Shown: in pieces, positions 50,201-63,250 of the stretch
Numbering within the stretch: the stretch's first letter is position 1
Layout of the letters: every line of letters starts with the position of its first letter
Assembly (NCBI GenBank): GCA_964187785.1
Contig: OZ076418.1
Location: 30,070,001 to 30,134,000, forward strand
Reading direction: 5' to 3'
Origin: Amphiscolops sp. MND2022
Lineage: Eukaryota
Length of the DNA: 64,000 bases
Program-made: the position numbers and the translations under genes
Notes under the pieces: generated by a model
Database searches by the model: none
The model's input: the letters and a program-made list of their open reading frames with translations, nothing else
What the model was told of the DNA's origin: nothing

Positions 50201-50250
50201 ATTCTTTGAAGGCAGTATCTAAACATGAGGCAGTGATGAATCATTTCTTG
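47200..50250 (-). mobile_element. Decayed Ty3/Gypsy LTR retrotransposon remnant (gag-RT-integrase order)
   Basis: RLRADYKVHLND (about 48650), IIIFQDDVLVS (about 48340) and LAHETHRGITAT (integrase HH, about 47650), with gag-like fragments at 49091-50244. LTRs were not found. Confidence 0.75.
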
Positions 50251-50289
50251 GTCTGGACATCAATTTAACATGTCACTATGAGAAGCCAA

Positions 50290-52950
50290 TGATCTTGGTC
50301 ATCAATCAGGTGTCATATGCGTCATCATGTTGTAAGGAGAAGACACACACCCGTGGTCTGCAACAAAAGGACGAACCCCCATACCAACCACTATCCCAGT
50401 GGATTGGTAAAACCAAGGTAAAAAAAGTTGCAATGATATACAGGTTTGAAAAAGTTAAACCATATGTAAAAAACTGCTTCAAACTTTTCTCTATCACTCA
50501 CAGTTCCTGGAACTCAGCCGCATTGCCAATCTGAATAACCACTGAGATCGTTTGCCTCAAAAAGCTGCCAGCTCGTTGATCGTCGTTCGAACGACAGATC
50601 ATTTTACGGAGAGAACCTATATTACAGAGACGCGTGATGAAAATTTCCCTGCTCTGGCCTGAAGATACCTGTACCTCTTTGGCCACCGGTTGATAAATGT
50701 GTCAATTGTCTATCGATTCGAAATAATTCTCAATTCTGTGTGCTTCAGCCTCGGTAGGCAGTGATTCCAGGTGTCGTATCGCTCGACAAAGGAAAATCAC
50801 TGCTTCGAAGTCGATAACACTAACGGCACTGATATTCAAATTGAAATAAACATACGATTATTATACTTGATATTAAAGTATACAGGACACCAAGCAAAAA
50901 CTAAGCGACAGCGTGCAAGAGCATTCACAACTGTGATACCCTACGCCAGCTGTCCACCCATTGCCCATGGACTCATGGTAACACAGTATGGGCATTTGTC
51001 ATCAATTTTTCAAACATTCACACGGTTTGAGCATTGAAGTCGAGAGATCCCAACATCAGCTGAATGAGAGAATTGAGAGTAGCACGACGTGAGAGATGAC
51101 CAGCACTCTTTTTGCAAGAAAGACCGTGTACACCGTCCGGTTCAACTCTTTACCACAGTTGCACGCATGCGTATCACTAATGTTGTATCCTAGACATGAA
51201 CCAATCGAAATTCGAAGCTGCTGTTCATCAAGTTTCAGGCCTAAGTTTTTGCAAAGAATAACTTTCAGCCACTGTGAACAGAATTTGCTCCGATGAGCAG
51301 TAAAAATTTTCGAACAATCGTCAACAACTCTAGAAACAGAATCAGTAGAATAAAAAGAAAAAAACTGCAAAAAGAACCATAAATTAACGATTAAACGGAG
51401 AAAAATGATAAGACTCACGGAATCTGAATGACAGTTGTATCAAGTCCGAGTTTGTATGTGATACCAAATCCTATTTTTTGAAACGTTTTGACGTAGACAG
51501 AGTAAGTCCAATTTTTAGTAGGCGATTTTCGTAGAAAAACGAAGACTATACTAGAGACTTTTCTTTTTTCTAAGACCAACGAAGTGACGAATATTATAGG
51601 CTTTATAAGCTGGCTTCTACGGACTGCTGCACTAATGTAACTTCTACTACCACTTGGCATAGAAGTAGGTTACTATGAATTTTTGAGGTCTACCAAGTGG
51701 AAGGACGTGGGTTCGAGTCTCGCCATCAACGAAAATTTTCGGCTTTTTAAAAACCTCCAAAGGTCCCCCTTCAACTTTATTCTTTTTTGCGAAAAAATGT
51801 ATGTTCAAAAAATCCCAAAGGGCCCCTTTTACATTTTTGGCACTATGCCACACACCGGAGACTTGAAAAAGAATTCGGAAAAAATTTCCTCATGCGGGTA
51901 CTGTAACAGAGAACGCTTGACACTTAGAAGTCCTTTTGCTATTTTTGAGCATAAGATGTGGCGCCAACTTTGGCCGTTCCCGGCTTGTTCTGGGTTCCAT
52001 TGAGAGGACTTTCCTGTTCATCCGTCGTGCTCGGCCATTTTTCCAGCTCATCTTCAAAAATTCCGGAAAATTGTCGTCGAAGAATCGTTATAATCAAAAG
52101 TTACGCCAAAAAGAAGGTAATATTCATGCGGATGAAACACATTTCCGCGCAGCCCTTGCTGAGTACTCGAAACATTGTCAAAGTTCACGTTCCACACTTT
52201 GGAAATTCCTTCGCGTACGGTTGTGTCAACATTTTCCAAAGAACTGGATGAATTTAACATGTACTGGTTCTCAAGCAGTTCAACAACTTTGGCAGACTGA
52301 GGCAATTTTTCAACATGGAAAAATCATAATGCGCATCCAATTTTCAAACAATTCCGTCATCTTTTACCAGTTCATTAGTTTTTTCCAACAAATCTTCAGA
52401 GTTATTTGAAAAGCTGCTAAAAATGTTGATCGTCGTTTCCCAGTGATGTCACAAAGGAACGAAATTTAACATTTCGTGCGTTTAATTTTGTGCCCCAACG
52501 TTTTTTCAGCTTCAAAAGTTTTTTGCGGTCTTCCAAAACGATTATGTAATCATCACCTAAGTTTCCATTATTGAGGTACCGTGAGCTTGTTTCTACTCCA
52601 AACTGTCAATCAGATCCTGAATGGAATCCACAAATGAAGCTAGAGACTCAGCATCTCCTTGCTGGATCCCTTCACAGGATTAGATTGCAGAATCACCGTA
52701 AAAAAGGAAAGCTGGCTGACTGTACGCCGAGTGTGAGTACTTATGAAGTTCAGTGTGAATTTCAAAGGTTTTCTCGAGCAAGAATTGCCGATTTATCAAG
52801 TTTAAACGTTTTCAAAGTCAGTTTTCAAAATTACGTTCTCATTGGGCTGGGTCCTTTCTGCCAGAGAAAGGAAATGTGTGGTCAATTCATTGCCTTTTTC
52901 GAGCCACGAAAACAGCGTCAGAGTTGTTGTCAAGTAAATTCAAATTCAAA
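50290..52950 (-). mobile_element. Second RLE family, copy 2 (more decayed)
   Basis: Collinear with copy 1, including the 3' UTR block GAAGACACACCCGTGGTCTGCAAC. Motifs KTDFEN, SQWLKVILCKNLGLKLD and RAGSFLRQTIS. Interrupted by a family B copy. Confidence 0.8.
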
Positions 52951-53199
52951 TCAATGCCATCTCTTGAAGCTATGTATCAAGCAAATGTTAATTGTTCTTT
53001 TTGGTTTATATTGTAGTAGTTCGAGAGGAACCTCAGACTTATATTATTACAAAAGAGTAAACAGTCGTGAACATGCTGTTTCATCAGCGTTATTACTTTT
53101 AGGTTCTGTGAGATCATTCACATTAAAACTGGAAACAAAGGTCCTCTGACGTATCCATGGGGACACCTTGTTTCAGTCTTTTTCTTTGCACTTCTTAAA

Positions 53200-53700
53200 G
53201 TTCAGGGGCAAAATGTTTCTCCTAAGAATATGTAACAATGATCACGATACTTCAGAGACGGGTGATTTCTTTTCAGGCGTGGATTCGGTATAAAAAGCAC
53301 GTTAGAAATACCACTATGTGTAGATACCAAAGACGTTTTATGAGTGAATAAGCTGATGAGTGAAAGGCTTCATGTACTGATCACTTTTGATGTCTCGCAA
53401 AAATGTCTCGACTGCAAATAACAGATACAGGACAATTGGCAAGCACCTGTTCAATAAAGGCTTCGAAAATTTCTGTCCATGACAGCCAAAGATACTCAAC
53501 AGATTTAGTTGAGGATATACTTGCATCAACAGTTTCGATACTTTCCTCCGGACTGTTCAGGAAATGTATGAGTTTTGTTTTTCCATTGTGAAGATTCGAG
53601 TTATTTTTCGCCATCCAAAATTGTATATGCGCAACTTTTCTGTAGTGTCAAAGTATCATCATTAGAACAAACATTAACACAATATGTATCATAGTGAAAA
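53200..53700 (-). mobile_element. Decayed LINE RT fragment
   Basis: DDTL followed by NGKTKLIHF...KSVEYL, typical of the post-YADD region of APE-type LINEs. Confidence 0.5.
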
Positions 53701-55479
53701 CGAATGGTTTAATTTCGTTACAAGAGCTCGGAAACTCTTAGATTTTTTGAACAAAACCGGGCCTTTAATAGGTAACCGCTGTGGTGAGTGCATTCCTTCA
53801 TCCTGTTGATATCCTGCTCTGACGAAGAACGTCCCAGACGCTGCCGCAGGTAGTCTATAACCTTTGTTGTTTTCCAGTTTGAATAAGATGCATCGTTACC
53901 ACGAAATGTTGAGAACGTATGGATCGAGTTTTTCTAAATCTAATTGAACATACGTTCAAAAGATTGGTGATATGGTTCTAATGAAACCAAATTCCAAACT
54001 TGTCACCATACTAATGGAAAAGACCAAATGTGATGAGTTTTCTTGAAACCGTATGTCACTGCGTATCGTCGAGACACGTTGCCTCAAGAAAAATTTCGCT
54101 CGCTTTTAACGAAGGCGCGTTCAGTGATTTTTTCTTTCACCTAAAACCTCTTTAAGTCCAGGGCGACTGACTGAAAAACAAAACATTTCCTAATCAACTC
54201 GTTTTGTATGTCGTGTTTCACCGTCAGTGGCGATAAATCCGGGTTTGCTCAAGGTGCCTTGATTTGGGGACAGGTTACCAGAATGTCGACAACCGTGACA
54301 TGCCGTAGCAGGCCAAGTACGATGGTTGTCCAGCGGCACTTTTACTTCACAAGAAACTGAGACAACAGTCTTTTAGAGTTATTTGGTTGGTTTCTTGTAG
54401 CTGTTAGATACCACTAAACTGTGTGGTGATATTGAATCTCGAGTTCGCGTCTGAAAATAGCACGTCTGATACTTCAAACAGCAAATGTTAGTTTTCCGTT
54501 TATTCTAGTCGTTGTGATAAACTTAAACAGTTTCATATTAAAAGCTTCACGAAAACCCGTTAGCTCTCAAAACAACGCTGCAAGGTCTGACAACTGTCAA
54601 TGGTTTCGCAAAGCTGTGAGAAAGGATGACATCATGTGTGAGAAATTTTCGATGTGGTTTATAGGGCTTTTGCTTCTTTGACCATTGACGTTATGGCTGG
54701 GATACAATAAAAACTGCTTCTGGATCTAAATTAGGTGTATCAAAACCACTGTCCTCGAGTCCGAAGCGAAGTTGAGTTTGTCATGAAAACCATTTCATTA
54801 ACGAAAGGATGCTAAAAAAGTTTCAAGAATCCGAACTACTATTTCAAAATCATAGAGGAAACCCTCCATCGCACATTCGTGACAACATTGGGGTATCGTC
54901 CGTGACTTTATTTCAAAAGTGTTATGTGAAGGGTTGCCTATGTACAATGAGTCAATATCATCTACTCCGGTGGTGAAAAAACCAGATGAGGCAACCATTA
55001 ACCTTTTTATGAACACTGGTGTTCCTGAAGCTATGTCGAGGTTATTTTCTCTGATCGAATCAGACGCAAAAATCATCACAGAAGTCTTAGATAAAATGGG
55101 ATAGAGAGCAGAAGGCAAAATTAAAGAAACACGTCCCCTGGGAATTTCTAAAAAAATCCTGATACAGAGAAACGTCGACAGTGTCGCCCTTTACTGACAT
55201 CGACAGATAACCCTGTTTTCATCGACAACTGTTTTGCAAGAAGTTTTTGATTGAAAAACCTCCGTCTTACAGTCTATATCAAGAAATTTGTGACCAGAAG
55301 CTGCTGACTAAACAATACCATATGGTTTACGAGGGTAAAAATTGAACTGATTTTCGCATCAAGAAACTAAAGTGGTTTTAGAAAGGCAAAGTGCTAGACC
55401 TCAGTGACAAAACTGTGTGACACACTCCTACAAACAATCTTCGTCTCAATTTTCAATCGCTTCGGAGTCAAACTGGACG

Positions 55480-56120
55480 TCACAAGCTACCGAAACCAGT
55501 GATATGTATGAATATCACTCTGCTATTTTTAAAGAAACATGGTTACCAAAGGAAACATCAAACTCTGAGCTGTTTGAGGATTTCGGATAGAAACATGCCT
55601 GATCAATGTGGTTCGCTGATTACTGCTCTTGCTAATTTAGCTCCAGTTTTTGATTCTTCTATTGAAAATTTCTTCTATTTTTCCTGTTGCTTGCGCCCTG
55701 GTCTCCTACGGGTTCACGACCTTTTTTGTTGTGGTGTGGCAATCTCAGTGCACTTCCGCCTATCATTTCTTTTATATTGACTCAATTAAAGTATTTCTGC
55801 TTTACATTTTACGTTCATATCGTTCTGTTTTGGAACATGACTTGAGTACTACCTCCTCAGACTTATTTGTAAATGGTGATTTCAATATGCCTTTTATAAA
55901 CTGGACTACCGTTTCATCTCCAAACATTTGTGACAACGACGTTTTACTGATCTCTGCTAATTGAGATTAAGTAAAGTTATCAACGTTGCAACCAACAAGT
56001 ACGGAAAATCGTAGATCTCATTTTCTTAAACTTTGTAAACCTATCCTTTACAATATCCCAGCAACTTTTTTCTGATCATTTTTCTGTGGTTTTCCAGTCA
56101 CATGACTCAAAATACCAAGA
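55480..56120 (+). mobile_element. Decayed APE endonuclease region of a CR1/L2-type LINE
   Basis: NGDFNMPFINW and a downstream FSDHFSV motif, with stops and frameshifts. Confidence 0.6.
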
Positions 56121-57559
56121 ACGAATACCGTGGAATTGGCAGTCTACATACTACCTTTGAACCGTAAAGGAGTCTTTTTGGACAGTAACACAACCCTTAC
56201 CGGATTTAACGCAAACCGGATACATCGAATTCCGGACCGAGCGATTTCCGGATACAATGTTTCTTGGAGAATTCAATGTTTCAAAAGTGTCCCCCTAGGG
56301 GTTTTTTGGCGCAAACCAGATATAACTATAACGAAAACCCGTTATGACGTATACCGTATTCAACAACACACCTGATACCGGATTGAAGGCAAATCGCTTA
56401 TAACGATTTCCTGATATAACGTACACCGTATATAACCTTTTGTGTTTTTAGGACCGACGAAATGACAGAATTCATCATTTTCTATCCAGTTTGTTAATTC
56501 TGTTCAACTTGCAGAAACCTTTCTCAGAACATGCATAACCTTTAACACGTACATAAATTCGAATAAACTGTTTTCACAGTTCAGATGTAACGTTTTCAAT
56601 GTTCGGATATAACGTTTCCTAAGTTCGGATACAATGTTTTCATTCTCATATAACTCTATCGATTCTTCCGCCAAAAATTCACATCTTTTGCGTCCAATGT
56701 AACGTTTTAGGGTCAAATTTTCATTACTATGAGCCTTTTTTGAATTTTCGAAAAATCTTTATTCAACAAGTGATACTAAAACCACGTACCTCCCCCGTGT
56801 ACACTTTTGAGCCTTGTTTCGGCTTTGTGAGACATTTTATCGAAATTTTTTTTAAATCTGCAAGGGCCCCCCTTCAATATTTTTGATGTTTTGCAACAAA
56901 ATCGATGTTAAAATTTCACAAATGGTCCCTCCTTCAGCTTTTTCGGCATTGTGAGATTTTTTTTCGAAAATTTTTTTATTGTTTTTGAAGGATCCCCTTC
57001 AATATTTCTTGATATTTTGCAAACCTTTCTTTCGCTTTCCCAAGAAAACATGGAAAGGGTCTTTTTTCGGCATTGATATTTTTTTCGAAAAACTTTTATT
57101 GTCTTCAAAGTGTTCCCCTTCTTTTTTAATTGTTTGCAACAGAATGGATAATAAAAATTCCGAAAGCGCGTCAATTCGGTCCAACTTCTGGGTTTTTCGG
57201 GTACTGTAGAAGATAATACTTGACACTTTGATGCCTTTTTGTTATTTTTGAGCGTTAGATATGGCGCCGACCTGGGCGTTCCCGACTTGCTTGCATTAAA
57301 TTCCCGTTCAAGCATTTCAGCACCTGCTCTTTATGCTCTCTTCACCCCGTGTTCTGTATTCACGGAAAATGCTAATTAAAGAAAATTTTACTGATGCCAG
57401 TCTATTTCTTTAGAACAACAAAACTAAATAAAAACACAAAATAATCGATTAGAGCTGCTGTAGATATGTAGCAAAGTTCAGTAAAGATATGCAGTACCCT
57501 GTGCTTCCAGGGCCACCGGCTGAAAAATGTAACTTTGTCGACCAATTCATAAATTAGTT

Positions 57560-59235
57560 TTAGGCGGCGCTTTCATTAATACAGAGGCGAAGCCGTGCTT
57601 CGCAAACACTTGCGAACTTTTGAAGAAAACCAAATAAGCAATATCATACGGAGAACCAAGGGTAAAAGGACATTTAAATTTCATCAATTTTACAGCGCCG
57701 AAAAATACCCGAAAGGATACGCATAAATTCCGAAAACCATTCTTCCCCAACTGAAAACAGCAAAAACCCCATTTTTCTCAACGAAAAACCTTTAAAAAAA
57801 CAGAAAATTGAGGAAAAAAATTCGAAGTTTTTTGAAAACATTTTTGATGGTCTCCGGTAAGTCGCATAGTGCCGAAAACCTTGAGGAGTTCTTAACTCTC
57901 GCAAAACGTTTCGTTTCTGGCAAAAAGTGAGGAGCGGCTTCGGTGAAACAAATTTAAAAAGTCGCATAGAAAAAACACCGGTCTTTTTTGAAAAAAAAAT
58001 TGGATATAGCATGCTGGGCCTGAGAAAACCTAATTTTAACACGAAAATTATTCATTTTGAAAAATCTCACAATGCCGGAAACTGTGGAAGAGGGGACCCT
58101 TTGAGATTTTTATACATCCTTTCTGTTGTAAAATGTCAAAAAAATGAAGGGGGACTCTTTGGAGTCTTTAAATAATTTTCGAAAAACAAATGAGAAGTTT
58201 TAATGGCAGTCTCATAGTGCCGAAAAATCTGAAAAAAGGGACCCTTTGGGGTTTTTTAACATTCGTTCTGTTGCAAGATATCAAACAAAGAGAAGGGGGA
58301 CCCTTTGTAGACATTAAAAAATTTTGAACAAAAATGAGAAGGGTGTCGTTAAAAAATTTTCGAAAACAAAAAAAATGAGAATTTTGAACAGTCTCATAGT
58401 GCCAAAAATTCTGAAAAAAAAGGGACCCTTTGGGATTTTTCAACATTCGTTCTGTTGCAAATTATCAAAAAATTGAAAAGAGGACTCTTTGGGGACATTA
58501 AAAAAATTTCGAAAAAAAGTCTCACAAAGCCGAAAAGTCTTATAGCGCCGAAAAATGTGAGAACCTTCTGCTTCAGAATACTTCTAAAAATATTAGCGCA
58601 TACCCACGGGTTCGAACATGAAACCTCTGGGTTGAAAAGCAAGCATCTTACCACTAGACCACGAACGCGTGAAACGTGCGACTTGCCGCGTGAAATGAGA
58701 GAGTTGTCGCGTGGAAAAAAAGCACCCGCACTTTCCCATAACACTTGTTTATCGCAAGTGTAATAAAAGAGCCCAACTATTACAGTCACTCGTTTTTTTC
58801 CTTTTTATAAGACAGACTCGAAGCGACCAAATTTTTGTTGTTTGTTACACTAAACGAATACGAAATGGGAATACGTCTGAGTTATCGCAATGGGTTGCCC
58901 CTTTCAGTTTTTACTATTTTTTAAACGTAACATACAAAACCGGATGAGACTAAAGGGTCCCCCTTTTCAACTTTTTTTTCGGCACCCTGATTTTTTTTCG
59001 AAGTTTTTTGTCTTCAATGGGCACCCCTCTCGATTTTATTGAAATCCCCCCCGTCATCTCCGGAGTTAAGCGCTATATCCGAACTTTTGACGTTTTATCC
59101 GAACTATATTGCGTTTTTGTGAGGATGCGGAGGTCCGAGAACAAGAGTTTTTCATGAAAACGTCCTACGGATATTTCAAATCTGCGCTTTTTGAGCCTTA
59201 GATATGGCAACGACTTTAGACGTTCCCGTCTTGTA
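57560..59235. repeat. Two adjacent family B copies (57560-58760 minus; 58760-59235 plus)
   Basis: Same internal GGGGACCC tandem units and termini as the other copies. Further copies lie near 23625-24300, 25337-25780, 30004-30600, 33716-34190, 45735-46150, 51690-51990, 56810-57292 and 61450-61560. Confidence 0.72.
58596..58668 (-). other. tRNA-like module (Glu/Lys-like) embedded in a family B element
   Basis: GCGTTCGTGGTCTAGTGGTAAGATGC...TTTTCAA...GTTCGAACCC has A box, B box and an imperfect cloverleaf. It is not a credible functional tRNA. Confidence 0.55.
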
Positions 59236-61116
59236 TTCTTCACTGATTCAGCATCGATGGTTCAAGGATTCCATGAGGAGCCTTAACTTTCCATATTGAT
59301 GATATTACGCTTTCCCAAGGAACCATGGTAAATGCATATGAGTGTTTTCCGTAGGTGCGATTCAGTCTGTTCTTCAATAAAGTCAATTCTTTTCTAGTAC
59401 TAGGAGCAAACTTCTGAAATTTTGTCATTATCTCCTCAAAGTTTTGTTGACAGATTGCTAACAGTTTTTGACGTTTATATAGAAGAGCTTGTCAAGGAAT
59501 TGTTCAAACAACTACATAATGAGAAACCAGAAATAATTTTTTCCTCGGAATTTTGCACAAAAGAACAAACCGCCAACTCACTGGAATCAAAAAGGACCCT
59601 TGTTCAACCTATGACAGAACTGTAGCCAAAAAAGAGATCATTAGAGAACACTTTGCGAAAAGCATCCAATGGATGGCTGAGGTGGATGAAATTGCTCCCG
59701 GAAAATATTGAGTCATTCTGTAAGATTCAATTGCGTCAATGTACGAAAAATCTCAATAATTTATATTTTGTTGATAAAAACGCCTCTTCTCAATTTTTTT
59801 CAAGGCTTTATTTAAAAAAACTCTATCCAGTTTGTCATAATTGGTTTTTGGGGTAATGGCTCGAAGAGCATGTATGCTCCTTCCTAGTCCTTTTTGGATG
59901 TTAGTTTGATATTTAATTTGTTTTCATCTTTATTTTCTATCTTTTCTATTTTTTTACATCTAAATAACTTACTTAAAAGAGACGTGAATGCGACAAGGCA
60001 TTGCCTGGGATGTGTGTCTACCACAAATCTGTCGACTGACAACACTCTAGTTCAAGGACAATACAATACTGTGATTAAGAAATCATCACCGGGCAATTTG
60101 GGGGTCGATTTTTTTAAATCGGTTGAAACTTTTGAAAAACATCAGAAATAAAAGTGTCTTGGAATATTATCTAGTTTATATAAGCATTTTGTTTCAAATT
60201 ATAAGACAAAAATTATGGAATGTTACAAATAGCTGATTTTGAGCAATTTTAGAGCAATTTTTCTTCTTTTGTTTTCCTATTTTTCCTTTTTTCGGTTTTC
60301 CTCTTTTTGTCACTTTTACTCAAATTTTGGCAGGTTTTATGGCAAGTTCTCCAAATCTACTGGAGTCATGGCTATATTTTGATTTTGAAAATGATCAACC
60401 GTATTCGGTGCCCTGTACGACAACTCAAATTTTAGACAGCACGGGTACGATTGAAATTGGTATTCTTCTTAAGACTCAAAAATCGCAGTTTTTAAATAGG
60501 TTTACCCTTTGGTTTCTTGGGTTAATATTTAAATTTTTCGAGTCGTAATTTTAGATAAGGTTTTTGAACAAGCCTTGCCTCTGTGATAATTTGAGTTGAA
60601 AAGAAGGCGATAGGACAACATTTGAGATTACTTTGTACAAAATTTACATTTGTACAAATAAATGTACACAAAGTTTTTGATAATAATTACTTCAGATGAA
60701 GAGCAAGCTCTAATGAATAACACTTCCAATAAAGTATTTCTCTGATAATTTGAACTTTTATTTTGAAGTCCTCCATTTTATCATGACATAACATCATTAG
60801 CGGTACAAAAACCCAAAGTAAGGCTAAGCACCTTAAAAATTGGGATGAAAATTAACCTGAGCTTTAAACAATTTATGGACACACTTGTGTTAAATAGTAT
60901 ACAAAGCTTCTGCTGAACAAACGGCTTTGTACTCAAAACTTTCGAGCTCACTTTTTCAAACTTGTAACGATAAATGTTTTTTTTTACTTTTGACATCACA
61001 TGAACGTTAGTAAGCTAGGATTCAATTCAAAATAGTAATTTCGTGAGATCGTAATGTGATTGGTCAATTTCATTGAGTGATTTGATTGGCTGATCATGAA
61101 TTTCGTCATCATGACG

Positions 61117-61269
61117 TCAGTACAGTCGGTATAATCTGTCGTACAGCCGATCCAAGCTTCGCTCCAACTCTCGTCTTTTTCGTGCCCAGTAAAGCTCTTG
61201 TTCGTATTTCTGAGCGTAGACCTCACTGCTACTCCTGTAGGGACCGTGCAAACGGGAAAGTCTAGCATC
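61117..61269 (-). CDS. Unidentified gene, terminal exon
   Basis: ttttcggtag|GAT start; DARLSRLHGPY...KYEQELYWARKRRELERSLDRLYDRLYRLY*. In frame with the previous exon; a minus-strand AATAAA lies near 60760. Confidence 0.72.
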   Translation of the reverse strand, partial: DARLSRLHGPYRSSSEVYAQKYEQELYWARKRRELERSLDRLYDRLYRLY

Positions 61270-62299
61270 CTACCGAAAACAAATGATGTCGTTGGAATAT
61301 GGAAAACAGTATAGATGGCAGCTAGTTTGGCCGAATGAATTTATAACCGAACGATAATTGAGGAAAAGTAGTATGTTTGTAAACTGAGTAGAAAATCACA
61401 TCAGAGTTATTTTACTAAGTGTTTTTTTCCTTGAAAAATTATTAACACCTGTAAAAGGGGGAACCATTTGCGATTTTCTACATTCCATTCTGTTGCAAAA
61501 TATCAAAAAATTGAAGGGGACCCTTAGGAGACTTTAAAAAATTTTCGAAAAAAAATGAGAAAGCGCTACAAGTAAAAGGCTACATGAAATGATTATTTCA
61601 AAAGCTCTCAGCAAACGATCACTTACTTGAGTCAGCACACGATTGCCTAGTGCCAACAAAATTCATTTCGCCTACGGCTAAGAGAGACAAACGGTAACGA
61701 TAGTTTGGTCGCAAAAAAAGTTACGCTGGCCGCGTTACAGTAACATTCCAGCGGGCACAGAAATATCAATACTACAGTAGCGTTCTAAAATATCGAAACT
61801 CCTTAGCTTAAAATGGCAAAATGTAAATCTTGAAAACTGTCACAAATACGAAAAATTGTCAGTTAGAAAAGTTTCTTAGATTTTTATCTAGTTTGCAAAC
61901 ATGTTTAGGTGAAACTTCTGCGACAAAAATTACAAAAGTTAAAAATTGTAAATTTTGCTAAAAATTTTATCGAATTTACACTTTTTCTAGATTTTCACAA
62001 AGTTGAAAAAAAAATACCCCCCCCCCCCCAATTTCTTGAGGATGCTGATATGATTTGCTTGAAAAACTTGTTAGATTATAGGGAGTTTCCGAATGAGAAA
62101 AAAATCCATACATTTTAATTCCAAGCTACCAAATTTTTGAGAAAAAAAAACTCAAATTTCAATTGAAATTTCCTAAAATTTGCAATTTCCAACTTTCTCA
62201 ATATGGGTTGTAGAAATTCCGAACAAACATTTTCGCAAACTAGATAAAATTCTTAGAAACGTTTGTAGCTGATATACCAGGTTTTGACATACGACATAC

Positions 62300-62509
62300 T
62301 TGGTTTTGAATTTTGTCATTTTCAGTGATGGAGTTGCGATATTTTAGAAGGCTAGTGTAGAGCGGCCATGGTATACTAACTCGCTCTAGCTCCTCGAGAA
62401 GTCTCTTCCTTTCGAGTCTATCTAGGATGAGATCAGAGAACTCGGAGACATAGAACTCGTCTTCCACGGCTGCAGCCGCCACTGGAGAAGGAGACCGCAA
62501 GTATCTCTC
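62300..62509 (-). CDS. Unidentified gene, penultimate exon
   Basis: gatttcag|GAG start; 70 open codons ERYLRSPSP...RLERKRLLEELER...KIQNQ; donor gtatgt. Confidence 0.75.
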
Positions 62510-63203
62510 CTGAAATCACGACCAATCAAAACATTCATTTAAATTTACTTTGGACCGAGTCTGGGGAAGTTAATCTTGAGGTTAATCATTCAAAACTATC
62601 CAAAATCAGCATCTGCTGATCACATTTCGATAGTGATAAAATCGAGTTTGGGTTTCATACACAAAGTATGACAGTTATTTTTGCAAATGACTCCATTAAG
62701 ACTGCTTTGATTTCAAAACTGGTGATAGGGATAAAAGCCGAACAGGGTTAAAGACGAAAAGTAATATTCTGAGATTGAACTCTGTTGTAATTGGGCAAAC
62801 CACTTGTTGAAGTTGAATTCAATCAGAAAAAATGAAAGTCAATGCACGTAAATTCGGTTATAATCTCAAGCGGATATAATCCTGTTCGGCCAAAATCAAA
62901 ACTACTTTCAAAACTTTTCGATGTCACAAGAAAACAGTCAACCAGAAATCAAATACCCAAATTTGATTATAGTCATTTCTGTTGTACCCTCTAGACAAAT
63001 ATTGCATTTTTTCCGGTGAAAAATAAAAACTCGTGTAGAATGTTTTGAATTTGATGGACTGAAATACACGTAATGTTGTTCCACCGCTGATTTCGAGAAT
63101 AACACAATGTCCTCTACTTATCGTATAAACAAACCGTCGACAGTCAAATTTGCAAATCTAAACGTTTTCTGTTATCAAATTTAAAATAAATGACGTCACT
63201 AAC

Positions 63204-63250
63204 AGTTCTGACGTCATCGTATGATTTCCTGATGGGCGCTGATGAGTAAG
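63204..63250 (-). CDS. Unidentified gene, probable internal 47-nt exon
   Basis: tttctttttcag|CT start; YSSAPIRKSYDDVRT; donor gttagt. Phase 0 fits the next exon. Confidence 0.55.

Noticed and set aside
52571-53149. 192-aa plus-strand ORF in the track
   Set aside because: It is the antisense shadow of the decayed RLE element's RT region and shows no independent motifs.
56130-56720. Pogo/Tigger-like remnant with ATAACG-rich ends
   Set aside because: Suggestive arrays, but no clear TIR pair and no catalytic motif, so it is not supportable as a call.
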